Shown here: in pieces, positions 47,687 through 58,278 of the stretch
Position numbering within the stretch: position 1 is the first letter of the stretch
Layout: each line of letters starts with the position of its first letter
Source: an uncultured Planctomycetia bacterium
GTDB lineage: Bacteria; Omnitrophota; Gorgyraeia; Duberdicusellales; Duberdicusellaceae
Reading direction: 5' to 3'
Assembly: GCA_964634935.1 (NCBI GenBank)
Contig: CAZWJT010000006.1
Span: 74,189-138,188, forward strand
DNA: 64,000 nucleotides
Notes under the pieces: generated by a model
Databases searched by the model: none
What the model was told of the DNA's origin: nothing
Seen by the model: only the letters and a program-made list of their open reading frames with translations
Made by a program: the position numbers and the translations under genes

Positions 47687-48992
47687 TCAAAGAACAATCC
47701 GAAAAGAGATCGTTTTTAAAGGGAAGGGGCTTCATACCGGTCAGGAAGTTGAGATGAAGCTTTCACCGCTCCCAGAGAACAGCGGCATTGTTTTTGTGCG
47801 CTCCGACCAGGAAACTCCTTTCGTATGCAAAGCCGATATTTTTTCAGTAGCAAACTTTCCGCACGGTTTACGCAGAACTTCCATTGGGCGGAACAATATT
47901 TACATCCACACGATTGAACATCTCATGGCTGCTTTCTCAATCCTTGGCATCGATAATGTCCAGGTTGTCTTAGACGGAGAAGAAGTCCCGGGTATGGACG
48001 GAAGCGCCGCTGTTTTTCTTGAAAGGATAAAAGAAGCGGGAATTTGCGAACAGACTTTAGCACGGAATTTTTTTGTCGTAAAAGAGCCGCTTTGGGTTGA
48101 GGAGAAAAACGCGAGTATCGCAGTTCTCCCTTATCCGCAGTTTCGCATCACCTACATGCTTCAATATGAGAATAGCGTTATTGGTACTGAGCTTTTAGAT
48201 ATCGTTTTTGATGGAAACCAAGAAGAATCTCTTGCTTGTGCACGGACATTTTGTTTAGAGGAAGAGGTTGATCCGTTGAAAAAGCTCGGGTTAGGCAAGG
48301 GTGCAAATTTTACCAACACTTTGGTTGTTTCAGCCAAAGGCATTCTTGACAACAAAGTGCGTGTTCCCGATGAATTTGTCCGACATAAAGTGCTTGATCT
48401 CATCGGAGATCTGTATCTTGCCGGCGCCTTGAAAGGACACGTTATTGCTTTACGCAGCGGACACACCGCAAATATTCAACTACTCCATAAGCTTAAAGTG
48501 CTTCGGGAGAAAAGCCGGGCAAGCGGAGTGGGAAGTGTGAGCGGGTATGTTCCTCAAGGAAAGATTTTAGGAGCTTCCGAAATTATGCAGATTCTACCGC
48601 ACCGCTATCCTTTCCTTTTAGTTGATAAAATCGTTGATATGGAGCCAAATCAGCGGGCCGTAGGAATTAAGAATGTCACGGTCAATGAGAGTTTTTTCCA
48701 GGGACATTTTCCAGGGAAGCCGGTTATGCCCGGAGTTCTGATCGTTGAGGCAATGGCGCAAGTTGGAGGAGTGTTGATGCTTGCGAACCCTGAACACCAA
48801 GGGAAACTTGCTTTTTTCATGGCGGCGGATCAGGTAAAATTTAGAAAAACGGTTGAACCCGGTGATCAGTTAGTTATTGAGGTTAAAGTAGGAAAGATTA
48901 AGCAGAAAACAGGGCAAGTACATACCAAGGCGACAGTGGATGGAAAAGTCGTGGCTGAGGGAGACCTTATGTTTGCTTTGGTTGAAAGGTAA
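47679..48992 (+). CDS. lpxC/fabZ: Bifunctional UDP-3-O-acyl-GlcNAc deacetylase / 3-hydroxyacyl-ACP dehydratase (LpxC-FabZ fusion)
   Basis: N-terminal LpxC ([16 protein letters not shown]...[10 protein letters not shown]) fused to C-terminal hot-dog FabZ ([15 protein letters not shown]...[23 protein letters not shown]). Confidence 0.9.
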   Translation: MDNQRTIRKEIVFKGKGLHTGQEVEMKLSPLPENSGIVFVRSDQETPFVCKADIFSVANFPHGLRRTSIGRNNIYIHTIEHLMAAFSILGIDNVQVVLDGEEVPGMDGSAAVFLERIKEAGICEQTLARNFFVVKEPLWVEEKNASIAVLPYPQFRITYMLQYENSVIGTELLDIVFDGNQEESLACARTFCLEEEVDPLKKLGLGKGANFTNTLVVSAKGILDNKVRVPDEFVRHKVLDLIGDLYLAGALKGHVIALRSGHTANIQLLHKLKVLREKSRASGVGSVSGYVPQGKILGASEIMQILPHRYPFLLVDKIVDMEPNQRAVGIKNVTVNESFFQGHFPGKPVMPGVLIVEAMAQVGGVLMLANPEHQGKLAFFMAADQVKFRKTVEPGDQLVIEVKVGKIKQKTGQVHTKATVDGKVVAEGDLMFALVER

Positions 48993-48996
48993 TCGC

Positions 48997-49809
48997 ATGG
49001 GGGTACGGATTCATCCTACGGCGCTTGTTTCTCCGGGGGCACAATTGGGGGAGAACGTAGAAATTGGCGCTTTCTCGGTCATTGAGAGCAGTGTGGTTAT
49101 TGGCAAAAACTCCCAAATATTCCACCATGTTTCAATCACCGGAAACACGATGATTGGAGACGAGTGTAAAATCTTTCCTTTTGCTTCCCTGGGAAGCGCT
49201 CCGCAGGATTTAAAATATCAAGGCCAGAAATCATTTGTTTGTATCGGCAAGAAAAATATTATCCGGGAAAGTGTTACGATTAATCCAGGGACAGAGGAGG
49301 GTACGACAACTGAAATTGGAGATTCCAATCTGATTATGGCTTATTCGCATATTGCTCATAATTGCATCGTCGGCAGTAACTGCGTGCTTGCGAATTCCGC
49401 GACACTCGCCGGTCATGTTACTTTGGGAAGCCGGGTTATTATTGGAGGACTTGTGGCGATTCATCAATTTTGCCGGATAGGAGATTTTTCGATTATCGGC
49501 GGATGTTCAAAGGTCGTTCAGGATGTTCCTCCTTATGCGCTGTGTGACGGACATCCGGCATTCATTTACGGATTAAATCTGGTTGGATTGCGCCGCGCAG
49601 GGATTAATTCGGAAACGATCAAGGTCCTACGGCGAGTTTATAAGATACTTTTTTTTGAAGGGCACACAACAAAAGAAGGCGTAGAAATTGTCCGGAGCGA
49701 ATTCAACTCTGTTCCGCAAATAAAGCAACTCATCGATTTTGTTACCCTCTCTTCCCGAGGCATCTGCCGCAATAAGTCAAAAAATGCAGAGCAACTTCAA
49801 GAAAGTTAA
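48997..49809 (+). CDS. lpxA: Acyl-ACP--UDP-GlcNAc O-acyltransferase
   Basis: MGVRIHPTALVSPGAQLGENVEIGAFSVIE... hexapeptide repeats. Confidence 0.85.
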   Translation: MGVRIHPTALVSPGAQLGENVEIGAFSVIESSVVIGKNSQIFHHVSITGNTMIGDECKIFPFASLGSAPQDLKYQGQKSFVCIGKKNIIRESVTINPGTEEGTTTEIGDSNLIMAYSHIAHNCIVGSNCVLANSATLAGHVTLGSRVIIGGLVAIHQFCRIGDFSIIGGCSKVVQDVPPYALCDGHPAFIYGLNLVGLRRAGINSETIKVLRRVYKILFFEGHTTKEGVEIVRSEFNSVPQIKQLIDFVTLSSRGICRNKSKNAEQLQES

Positions 49810-49833
49810 CTTAGGCATTTTGGATTCACAGAC

Positions 49834-50649
49834 ATGAAAATAGGGCTACTTGCAGGTAATAGAAATTTTCCTCTCCTTTTTGCTCAAGAATTCCGGAAAA
49901 AAAACCCTTCTTGTGAGCTTGTTATTTGTGCGTTGCGCGGAGAAGCAAATCCCGCTCTCTGCCAGTACGCACATAAGTTCTATTGGGTTATGCCTACCAA
50001 CCTCGGTGATGTTATCGCAATTTTCCACAAAGAAAATATTACTCAGGCTTTTATGGCTGGCCAGGTTTCTCCCTGGAGGATTTTCCGGCATCAGAACAAC
50101 TGGGACGCGTTACTGAAAAAAGTTATGATGCATACTGCAGATATCCGCCCGCATTCGGTTTTTACCGCGATTCTTGATGAGTTTAAATCCCAGGGTATAG
50201 TTTTTCTTGATTCAACCCAGTTTCTCAAAGAATATCTTACTGTCCAAGGAGTTATGAATCAAATTGTTCTTGGGAATGCAATTGAGCAAGACATTTCTTG
50301 TGCTTTAAAGATCGCTCAGGATATTGTAAACCTTGATATCGGCCAAACAGTTGTGGTAAAAGATAAGGCTGTTGTTGCGGTAGAAGCACTTGAGGGAACT
50401 GATGCTGCAATTCGCCGGGCAGCTCGTATTTGCGGAAAAGGGTTTATGGTTTTGAAGCTTAGCCGTAAAAACCAAGATATGCGTTTTGATGTGCCGATAG
50501 TTGGTTTCAACACGGTAAAACTTCTTGCTAAACTTTCTGCCCGTGCGCTGGTACTGGAACAGGGGAAAGTTTTGATTCTTGATAAAGAAAGGTTCCTTTC
50601 TTATGCCAACCGTGCCCGCATCTCAATTGTCGGAGTTTGCCTGAAGTAG
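49834..50649 (+). CDS. lpxI: UDP-2,3-diacylglucosamine hydrolase LpxI (DUF1009 family)
   Basis: MKIGLLAGNRNFPLLFAQEFRKKNP...; size about 270 aa; sits directly after lpxA. Confidence 0.7.
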   Translation: MKIGLLAGNRNFPLLFAQEFRKKNPSCELVICALRGEANPALCQYAHKFYWVMPTNLGDVIAIFHKENITQAFMAGQVSPWRIFRHQNNWDALLKKVMMHTADIRPHSVFTAILDEFKSQGIVFLDSTQFLKEYLTVQGVMNQIVLGNAIEQDISCALKIAQDIVNLDIGQTVVVKDKAVVAVEALEGTDAAIRRAARICGKGFMVLKLSRKNQDMRFDVPIVGFNTVKLLAKLSARALVLEQGKVLILDKERFLSYANRARISIVGVCLK

Positions 50650-51178
50650 ACGAGCAGCAAGTTCCTTCTGAACTACGCACTACCGACACTTTTCTTTTGC
50701 ACGACGAAATACCCCAAAAATAGTAAGTAAAAAAAAGTATTTTTCCGAGCGTATCTGTTGCGGGTTCTGTTCCATCATTGCTGGGTCGGCATAGATGCCA
50801 GGATTTAAGTTAAACAGCACAGAGAATAATTATGTTTATCGATAGCTTACGTCTAATGGTTTCTGTGCAAGGGGAAAACAATTTTTTCTGGCTCGCTGTT
50901 TTACAGATATCAAAGAGATTTTTAAAGTCTTCGGATATGAGAATGACCCCGCAAAAACTCAACTATTTAAATCAAGCGATCTGGAAAAGCATTGACTCAT
51001 CTTTAGCTTTGGAATATAATTAAAACTCAGCTAGATACTTTTTTAAATTGTCTTGACGATAATTTTGGCTTTGGCATGTGCGAACCCAAGAGGTATAATT
51101 GGGCTTAGTCTGTAGGTTTGGATTACGTGAGCTCTCCATACAAAACCCCATCTTTTCATACCATAACCAGGAGGTTAT

Positions 51179-53230
51179 ATGAGCCAAGATATTCTTAAAA
51201 AAAGGGTTTTTATGCTTTGCGGACATGCTCAGTCAGGGAAGACTTCTTTAACGGAAGCTCTGTTATATAAAGCCGGTGTTTCCGGCCGGCTTGGCAAGAC
51301 GGACGACGGTACGACGCTCAGCGATTATCAAGATGATGAGATTGAACGGAAAAGTTCGATTAACGCGTCGTTTTTCAGTTTCACCTATAAGGACTTTCCG
51401 TTTCATTTAGTTGATACTCCTGGGTATCTCGATTTTATTGGAGACGTTATTTCGTCAAGCAGGGGGGTTGATTTTGCTGTTATTGTTGTTGATGGACAAT
51501 CCGGGGTTGAAGTAGGAACAGAGAAAGCCTGGGAAATTGTTCGTAAGGAGAACGTGCCGTGTCTTTTTTTCGTGAATAAGTTAGATAAGGAAAACGCCGA
51601 TTTTAAGAAGATTCTCAAAGATATACAGGAATCTTTTTCAAAAAAGGCATCCGCATTTGTTTATCCCGTTGGGAAAGAGGCGGATTTTAAAGAGGTCGTC
51701 AGTCTTTTTGATAAAAACAGCATGAATGCTCTCTCTGATGCGGAAAAGAAAGAAGCCTCGGAATTACGGACAAATCTTCTTGATAATATCGTTGAACTTG
51801 ATGATTCGTTGCTGGAGAAGTATCTTGCGTCCGGAGAGCTTTCATCTGAAGAAATACTGCCGATTTTGAAGAATGCAATACACAAATGTGAGATTTTTCC
51901 TGTGCTTGCCGGTTCGGCAATTCAAGTGAAAGGCATTGAGCTTTTGCTTGAAACAATCTGTAATCTTATGGTTTCTCCAAAAGAGAGGATGTCCTTACCG
52001 CTGAAAGACGATCAAGGAAAAGAGATTCTGGCGATGGAAGACAATGGTAAGCTATACGCCCAAGTGATAAAAACTATTTCAGACCCCTATGTTGGACAGC
52101 TTAGCATTCTTCGCGTATTTGCTGGTAAGCTGGCTTCAAACACTGGTTTTTACAACGCTTCTCAGAGAAACAAAGAACGAATCGGACAGATCTATCAGCT
52201 TCAAGGAAAAGAACAGCGGCCAGTTGAGGCAGTACAGGCAGGAGATATCGCCGCAATTGCCAAGTTAAAAAGTACCCATACACAGGATGTTCTTTTAAGC
52301 GAGGAGAAGCAGGTTGTTTTTCCAGAGATCACATTTCCCATACCGACCTTTTCTTCTTCAATAAAACCGAAAACTCGGCAGGACGAAGAAAAAATATCGC
52401 AGGTATTGCAGAAGTTAACCGCTGAGGATCCAACTATTCAGGTCAGTCGAGATCCTCAAACCAAAGAATTGGTGGTTTCCGGGGTTGGAGAATTACACAT
52501 TGCAGTTGTCGTTAGCAGAATTAAAAAACGCTTTGGTGTTGATGTCGAAATAGGAACGCCTAAAGTTCCTTATTTTGAGACAGTTACCCACGCAGCGAAA
52601 GTCCAGGGGCGGTATAAAAAACAAACTGGAGGTCACGGTCAGTATGGTGATGTTTGGATTAATCTTGAACCTATGGAGAGGGGGAAAAACTTTGAGTTTG
52701 TTGATAAGATTGTAGGAGGTGCGATTCCCCGTAACTTTATTCCTTCAGTTGAAAAAGGTATCCGCAAGGCTATGGAAGAAGGTTTTCTTGCTGGATTCCC
52801 GATTCGGGATATCCGGGTTACCCTTTTTGACGGCTCATACCATCCTGTTGATTCTTCAGATATTGCTTTCCAAATTGCCGGTTCAATGGCTTTTAAAAAA
52901 GCTCTTGAGCAGGCAGGAGCAGTTCTCCTTGAGCCGATTATGAATGTAGAAATAGCAGTTCCAGGAGAATTTATGGGGCAAATTACCGGTGATATCAACT
53001 CTCGCCGAGGCCGAGTTCTTGGCATGGATGCTAAAGGAAAGAATGAAGTGGTAAAAGCTTCGATTCCTCTGGCGGAAATGTTTAAGTATGCTTCTGATTT
53101 ACGTTCAGTTACCGGAGGAAGAGGTAGCTATTCTATGTCATTTTCGCACTATGAAATAGTTCCCCAGAGAATTGCCCAGACGGTTATTGAGCAGTCCCAG
53201 AAAACAAAAACTCACCAAGAACAAGAATAA
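51179..53230 (+). CDS. Elongation factor G-family GTPase (EF-G paralogue)
   Basis: G1 GHAQSGKTSL; G3 DTPGYLDF; G4 NKLD; five-domain EF-G-like length of 683 aa. Confidence 0.8.
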   Translation: MSQDILKKRVFMLCGHAQSGKTSLTEALLYKAGVSGRLGKTDDGTTLSDYQDDEIERKSSINASFFSFTYKDFPFHLVDTPGYLDFIGDVISSSRGVDFAVIVVDGQSGVEVGTEKAWEIVRKENVPCLFFVNKLDKENADFKKILKDIQESFSKKASAFVYPVGKEADFKEVVSLFDKNSMNALSDAEKKEASELRTNLLDNIVELDDSLLEKYLASGELSSEEILPILKNAIHKCEIFPVLAGSAIQVKGIELLLETICNLMVSPKERMSLPLKDDQGKEILAMEDNGKLYAQVIKTISDPYVGQLSILRVFAGKLASNTGFYNASQRNKERIGQIYQLQGKEQRPVEAVQAGDIAAIAKLKSTHTQDVLLSEEKQVVFPEITFPIPTFSSSIKPKTRQDEEKISQVLQKLTAEDPTIQVSRDPQTKELVVSGVGELHIAVVVSRIKKRFGVDVEIGTPKVPYFETVTHAAKVQGRYKKQTGGHGQYGDVWINLEPMERGKNFEFVDKIVGGAIPRNFIPSVEKGIRKAMEEGFLAGFPIRDIRVTLFDGSYHPVDSSDIAFQIAGSMAFKKALEQAGAVLLEPIMNVEIAVPGEFMGQITGDINSRRGRVLGMDAKGKNEVVKASIPLAEMFKYASDLRSVTGGRGSYSMSFSHYEIVPQRIAQTVIEQSQKTKTHQEQE

Positions 53231-53245
53231 CAACCCCAACAAATC

Positions 53246-53935
53246 ATGAAAATAGCTTCCTTAGGACTTGAAATTACTCCAGGCAAACAAAAATTTTCTG
53301 ATGAAAAGCTCGTTGCGCTTGAGAAAAAGTTTGCTCCCAAGAAAGTTACGCCATTTGTTGTTGAATTTATTGGAGAAGACTTTGTACATGCTGACGCGAT
53401 TGTCTGTTCTTCGGGCAGAAAACTCGATTTGATCATTGAAGATTTAGGCAAACTTGAACAACGTCAGTTAAAAACCCAGGATGCTCAGGAAAAGGAACTT
53501 TTAAGCAAGATAAAGCACGTTCTGGAGAATGAAAAACTAGTTAGTGATTGTGAGTTTAGCGAGGGAGAACGGAATATTCTCAAAACTCTGGCTTTTCTCA
53601 CTGATAAGCCTGTTGTGGTGGAGGATGATATCTCCGACATGAATCTATTGATGAGCAAAGTTTTTGAAAAATCGCGGATGATTTTCTTCTATACCGCAGG
53701 ACCTAAGGAAGTACATAGCTGGCCCTTATTGCAAGGTTCCTCTGCGCTCGAGGCAGCAGGGAAAATTCACAGTGATCTAGCGCGGGGTTTTATCCGGGCA
53801 GAAATCGTTAATTTTCGTGAGCTTGATAAATTCCATAATTTTAACGACGCAAGGCAAAAAGGCTTGGTAAAGTCAGTTGAGAAAGATCATCCGATTGAAG
53901 ACGGCGATATCATCGAAATAAAATTTAGCGTATAG
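53246..53935 (+). CDS. YchF-like protein lacking the N-terminal P-loop GTPase region (helical plus TGS-like C-terminal domains only)
   Basis: FFYTAGPKEVHSWPLLQGSSALEAAGKIHSDLARGFIRAEIVNF...DGDIIEIKFSV aligns to the C-terminal two-thirds of YchF/Ola1; no GxxxxGKS motif is present. Confidence 0.6.
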   Translation: MKIASLGLEITPGKQKFSDEKLVALEKKFAPKKVTPFVVEFIGEDFVHADAIVCSSGRKLDLIIEDLGKLEQRQLKTQDAQEKELLSKIKHVLENEKLVSDCEFSEGERNILKTLAFLTDKPVVVEDDISDMNLLMSKVFEKSRMIFFYTAGPKEVHSWPLLQGSSALEAAGKIHSDLARGFIRAEIVNFRELDKFHNFNDARQKGLVKSVEKDHPIEDGDIIEIKFSV

Positions 53936-53945
53936 AAAAAAGTTT

Positions 53946-55460
53946 ATGCTTTTGATTAAACGCGCGTTAATTAGTGTGTGGGATAAAACTGGGGTAGTTG
54001 ATTTTGCCAGGGTTCTTCTGAAATATGGAGTCGAACTTATTTCGACGGGAGGAACCCACAAGGCTTTTTTAGAGGCAGGCATCCATGCTACAGAAGTATC
54101 CGCGTTGACTCAATTTCCTGAAATTTTAAACGGCCGGGTTAAGACTCTCAGTCCTTTTATTTTTTCGGGAATCCTTGCCGACAAGGAACAGAAAGGGCAC
54201 ATCGCGCAACTATCCGAGCAGAGAATGAAGCCGATAGATTTAGTCGTGGTTAATCTGTATCCGTTTGAAAAAATGCGCACGAGTGGGCTTTCTGAAGAGA
54301 AGCTCATTGAGTACATTGATATCGGGGGTCCGGCTATGTTGCGAGCTGCTGCCAAAAATTTTAAGTCAGTAGCGGCGGTAAGTTCTCCGCGGCAGTACCC
54401 GGAGGTTATACAAGAATTAAACCGCAATAAAGGATGCTTGAACAGGGAGTTCTTAAAACAGCTCGCCTGCGCTGTGTTTGCCGCAACATCTTGTTATGAA
54501 CGGGAAATTTACAATTATTTTTCCGGAACACAGCAGTTTTCTTTTTCCTTCCGCGCAAAGAATGAACTGCGGTATGGGGAAAATCCACACCAGAAAGGTT
54601 TTCTTCTTTCTGGCGGCTCTGCGGGAGAGGTTTCTTTTGCCAAATTGCAGGGTAAAGAGCTTTCGTTCAATAACTTGCTTGATTTAGACAGCACCTTGAA
54701 AATTGTGCGCCAGTTTTCAAACCCAGCCGCCGTCGTGGTAAAACACGGCAATCCTTGCGGCGCCTGTGAAGGCGATAATCCGAAAACCGCGTATCGGAAA
54801 GCGTACCAGGCTGACGCATTGGCAAGTTTTGGTGGAATTGTGGGAATCAATAGGTCTGTTGGCGGCGAATGTGCCCGAGAAATCATCAAGAGCGGTTTTC
54901 GCGAAGTGATTCTTGCTCCTTCATTCAGTAAAGAAGCACTGCGGGTATTTGCTCAAAAGAAAAATCTTCGTATCGTGAGCGCTGATTTCCAGAAATGCGC
55001 TGATTCTTACGATATAAAAAAGACGGAATTTGGAGTTCTTATCCAAGAACCGGACATAAAAATTCAGAACCTTGCTGATTTCCGGTGTGTGACCAGAAGA
55101 AAACCAACCAAAAAGCAGCTGCAAGATTTATTGTTTGCTTGGCAGGTCGTGCAATTTGTGAAATCAAATGCAATCGTTCTTGCGAAAAATCGCTGTACCT
55201 GCGGGATCGGAATGGGGCTTGTATCACGGGTTGACGCGGTACGGCTTGCAATCTCTAAATCACAGCGTTCACTCTCTGGCGCAGTTCTTGCTTCGGACGC
55301 ATTCTTACCGAAGGAGGATAATGTAAAATTTGCCCACAAAGCAGGTATCTCTGCGATTGTTCAACCAGGCGGCTCTATTGAAGATGAGAAAATTATCTCT
55401 GCGTGCAATGCTTATGGTATCGCAATGGTGTTTACCGGAGTGCGTCATTTCCGCCATTGA
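53946..55460 (+). CDS. purH: Bifunctional AICAR transformylase / IMP cyclohydrolase
   Basis: KRALISVWDKTGVVDFARVLLKYGVELISTGGT... Confidence 0.9.
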   Translation: MLLIKRALISVWDKTGVVDFARVLLKYGVELISTGGTHKAFLEAGIHATEVSALTQFPEILNGRVKTLSPFIFSGILADKEQKGHIAQLSEQRMKPIDLVVVNLYPFEKMRTSGLSEEKLIEYIDIGGPAMLRAAAKNFKSVAAVSSPRQYPEVIQELNRNKGCLNREFLKQLACAVFAATSCYEREIYNYFSGTQQFSFSFRAKNELRYGENPHQKGFLLSGGSAGEVSFAKLQGKELSFNNLLDLDSTLKIVRQFSNPAAVVVKHGNPCGACEGDNPKTAYRKAYQADALASFGGIVGINRSVGGECAREIIKSGFREVILAPSFSKEALRVFAQKKNLRIVSADFQKCADSYDIKKTEFGVLIQEPDIKIQNLADFRCVTRRKPTKKQLQDLLFAWQVVQFVKSNAIVLAKNRCTCGIGMGLVSRVDAVRLAISKSQRSLSGAVLASDAFLPKEDNVKFAHKAGISAIVQPGGSIEDEKIISACNAYGIAMVFTGVRHFRH

Positions 55461-55500
55461 CCCCCAAATTTATTATATCATCCTCGGCAGATAAGAATTT

Positions 55501-56835
55501 ATGACATACCCAGAGGCGCTTTTATATCTTGAAAGTTTTATCAATTACGAACGGCGTCCCGAGGCATTTTCTTCTCGTGAGTGTAAGTTAAAAAGAGTTT
55601 TCAATCTTTTTCGAAGATTAGGCATCAACCAAAACGCTATACCGTCTGTCCATATTGCTGGTACCAAGGGAAAAGGTTCAACCGCAACGATTCTTGCATA
55701 CATTCTTGCTGCGAGTGGCTATAAGGTTGGTTTGTATACTTCTCCTCATATCCGAGACGCGCGCGAACGGATACAAATATTTACCCGCGTTTCTTCTGCA
55801 GTACGAAACGCTTTAATCAGTAAGGAATCTTTTGGTGCGCATCTTGCCCGGATGCGACCCAGTTTGGAAAATATGCGCTCTTCTGTTCAATATGGCACAC
55901 TCAGCTTTTTTGAGATTTATACAGCCGTCGCTTTTTCATATTTTCAAGAAGAACGCTGTGATTTCCTGGTTGTCGAGTGTGGGCTCGGTGGTCGGTTAGA
56001 CGCAACAAATATTCTGAAGCCTCTCATTTCAATTATTACGCCGATTGGTTTTGACCACACCAGAATTCTTGGGCGGACACTCAAGAAAATAGCTTTTGAG
56101 AAAGCGGGGATTATAAAAAAGAACAGCCTGGTTATTTCTGCTCTGCAACCGCGTTCAGTCCAGGGTGTTCTTACGGAGCAAGCCAAACAGCAAAAAGCAA
56201 GGTATTTTGCTTACGGGAAAGATTTTTCGGCTCAAAATATCCGTTGTGCAACCCGTGGTTCACATTTTGATTTTTCTGGAATTGATTCTTTCCCGGTGCG
56301 TCTTAGACTTTTTGGCATTCACCAAGTTGAGAATGCGTCATGCGCTCTGCACGCGGCTCAATTATTGAAACAGTGTGGATATTCGAAGATAAAGATCAAA
56401 ACGATGCAGCGGGGAGCCGAAAGAAGCAAAGTTCCCGGTCGTTTTGAAATCATTTCGCATCATCCGTTTGTCATTGTCGATGTTGCCCACAATCCTCTCT
56501 CGGCGAAAGTATTGGCTCGGAATTTAAAACTTTACTTTCCCGGGAGAAAGATTATTATGGTTTTTGCATGTTCACAAGATAAAGATCCTTCAAAGATGAT
56601 GAGCTATTTTTCTCCCGAGTCTGTGATTTTCACCAGATTTATGAACCCTCGGGCATATCCGCCGTTACAGCTTAAGAAAATTACTGGAATTTCTTCGGCG
56701 AATGTTGCGGATTCTCTGACAGATGCATTGAGTATAGCAAAAAAACAAGTTTCCTCTGATTCATTGATTTTGATTTGGGGTTCTTTTTTTCTTGTAGGTG
56801 AGGCAAAGAAAGACTGGCGGGTTCTTAGGGAATAG
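55501..56835 (+). CDS. folC: Folylpolyglutamate synthase / dihydrofolate synthase
   Basis: HIAGTKGKGSTATILAYIL (Mur ligase P-loop). Confidence 0.85.
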   Translation: MTYPEALLYLESFINYERRPEAFSSRECKLKRVFNLFRRLGINQNAIPSVHIAGTKGKGSTATILAYILAASGYKVGLYTSPHIRDARERIQIFTRVSSAVRNALISKESFGAHLARMRPSLENMRSSVQYGTLSFFEIYTAVAFSYFQEERCDFLVVECGLGGRLDATNILKPLISIITPIGFDHTRILGRTLKKIAFEKAGIIKKNSLVISALQPRSVQGVLTEQAKQQKARYFAYGKDFSAQNIRCATRGSHFDFSGIDSFPVRLRLFGIHQVENASCALHAAQLLKQCGYSKIKIKTMQRGAERSKVPGRFEIISHHPFVIVDVAHNPLSAKVLARNLKLYFPGRKIIMVFACSQDKDPSKMMSYFSPESVIFTRFMNPRAYPPLQLKKITGISSANVADSLTDALSIAKKQVSSDSLILIWGSFFLVGEAKKDWRVLRE

Positions 56836-56839
56836 CAAG

Positions 56840-58249
56840 ATGAAAAAATCATTTCTCAGTTGTAATGATACTATCGCGGCCATCGCGACGCCTCTTTTCC
56901 CGGGAGCGATCGGGGTAATTAAAATTTCCGGGAAAGACGCTTTATCTATTGTGCATCGAGTTTTTCTCCCCAAGCGAAGAAAGGATATCCGTAAAGCGCA
57001 AACCTACACACTCCACTACGGGTGGATTGTTTCCATCAACGGACAGAAGCGGCGTAAAGATTCGAGGGAGAAAATAGATGAGGTATTAATTGCGATTATG
57101 CGCCGGCCGCATTCTTATACCCGGGAAGATGTTGTTGAGATTTATTCTCATTCGAGCATTCTGGTGACGAGTAAGATTCTGAAATTGATCGTTTCGTGTG
57201 GAGCGAGACTGGCAGAGGCGGGGGAATTTACCCGGCGTGCATTTCTCTCTGGAAGGATTGATCTGATCCAGGCAGAAGCAGTTATGGATGTTGTCCAGGC
57301 AAAAACAGACCAAGCCTTGCAGACCAGCGTACTGCAACTGCAGGGGATGCTTTCCGGAAAAATGAGAGCACTGTCTCAGAAGGTAGAGATGATCTATGCT
57401 GCTTTGGAAGCGGCAGTTTCCTTTCCTGAAGAAAGTCGTGCCCCTGAACGTGTGCGCTTTGCGCAGGATATCCGAAAAACAAAAACCGAGATTGAGCAGC
57501 TTCTTGCTGGATGTGAGCAGGGGAGAATTTTACGAGAAGGGGTAAAATGTGTTATTTGCGGCAGAGCGAATGTAGGGAAATCTTCTCTTTTTAATTCGTT
57601 TCTTGGAGAAAATAAGGCAATCGTGACTCATATCGCAGGAACCACCCGAGATCTTGTTGAAGCAAGTCTCGTCCTCGGCGGGATTCCGTTCTTCATTTCT
57701 GACACTGCGGGCATTGCTCCAGCCCGTGATTGCATTGAAGAAGAAGCTCAGCGTAAGTCTGAAGAAGCGATTGCTGCCGCGGATGTGATATTATTTGTTC
57801 TGGACAATGCTGTTCCTCTGCACGCTCGAGAAAAAGCATTATTACGATCTTTGGCGGGAAGAAGAAGTATCATTGTGGTTAATAAGATAGATTTGCCTGG
57901 GAAGCTGGAACAAGCCGAGCTTCGGGAATTTTCTACTATGGTCAGACGTATTTCTGTTTTGGAGAATAACGGAATAGAAAGACTGAAACAGTCGCTTGTC
58001 TGCCTTTTTTCTCAAAAGAGCCGCGGGCATCACCCGCTTTACATTTCAAATATCAGACATATTATACTTCTGGAGCGTATTTTGCAGCATTTAACCAAAG
58101 CATCTGGATATTTACAGGATGGACAATCATTGGATTTTTTACTTGTTCCTTTGCAGGAAGCCTGGAATGATTTTGGAGAGATTACTGGAAGCGCTTACTC
58201 CCAGGATATCTTAGATTCGATATTTAAACGTTTTTGTATCGGAAAATAA
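56840..58249 (+). CDS. mnmE: tRNA modification GTPase MnmE
   Basis: DTIAAIATP...GRANVGKSSLFN...; C-terminal CIGK. Confidence 0.9.
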   Translation: MKKSFLSCNDTIAAIATPLFPGAIGVIKISGKDALSIVHRVFLPKRRKDIRKAQTYTLHYGWIVSINGQKRRKDSREKIDEVLIAIMRRPHSYTREDVVEIYSHSSILVTSKILKLIVSCGARLAEAGEFTRRAFLSGRIDLIQAEAVMDVVQAKTDQALQTSVLQLQGMLSGKMRALSQKVEMIYAALEAAVSFPEESRAPERVRFAQDIRKTKTEIEQLLAGCEQGRILREGVKCVICGRANVGKSSLFNSFLGENKAIVTHIAGTTRDLVEASLVLGGIPFFISDTAGIAPARDCIEEEAQRKSEEAIAAADVILFVLDNAVPLHAREKALLRSLAGRRSIIVVNKIDLPGKLEQAELREFSTMVRRISVLENNGIERLKQSLVCLFSQKSRGHHPLYISNIRHIILLERILQHLTKASGYLQDGQSLDFLLVPLQEAWNDFGEITGSAYSQDILDSIFKRFCIGK

Positions 58250-58278
58250 TCAGAAGAATCACAAAGAGGAGGCTGTCG

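Noticed and set aside
50832-51023. 63-codon ORF in the long intergenic region upstream of the EF-G paralogue
   Set aside because: Weak RBS, no recognisable motif, AT-rich low-complexity translation. It is kept only as part of the possible-ncRNA/leader observation.
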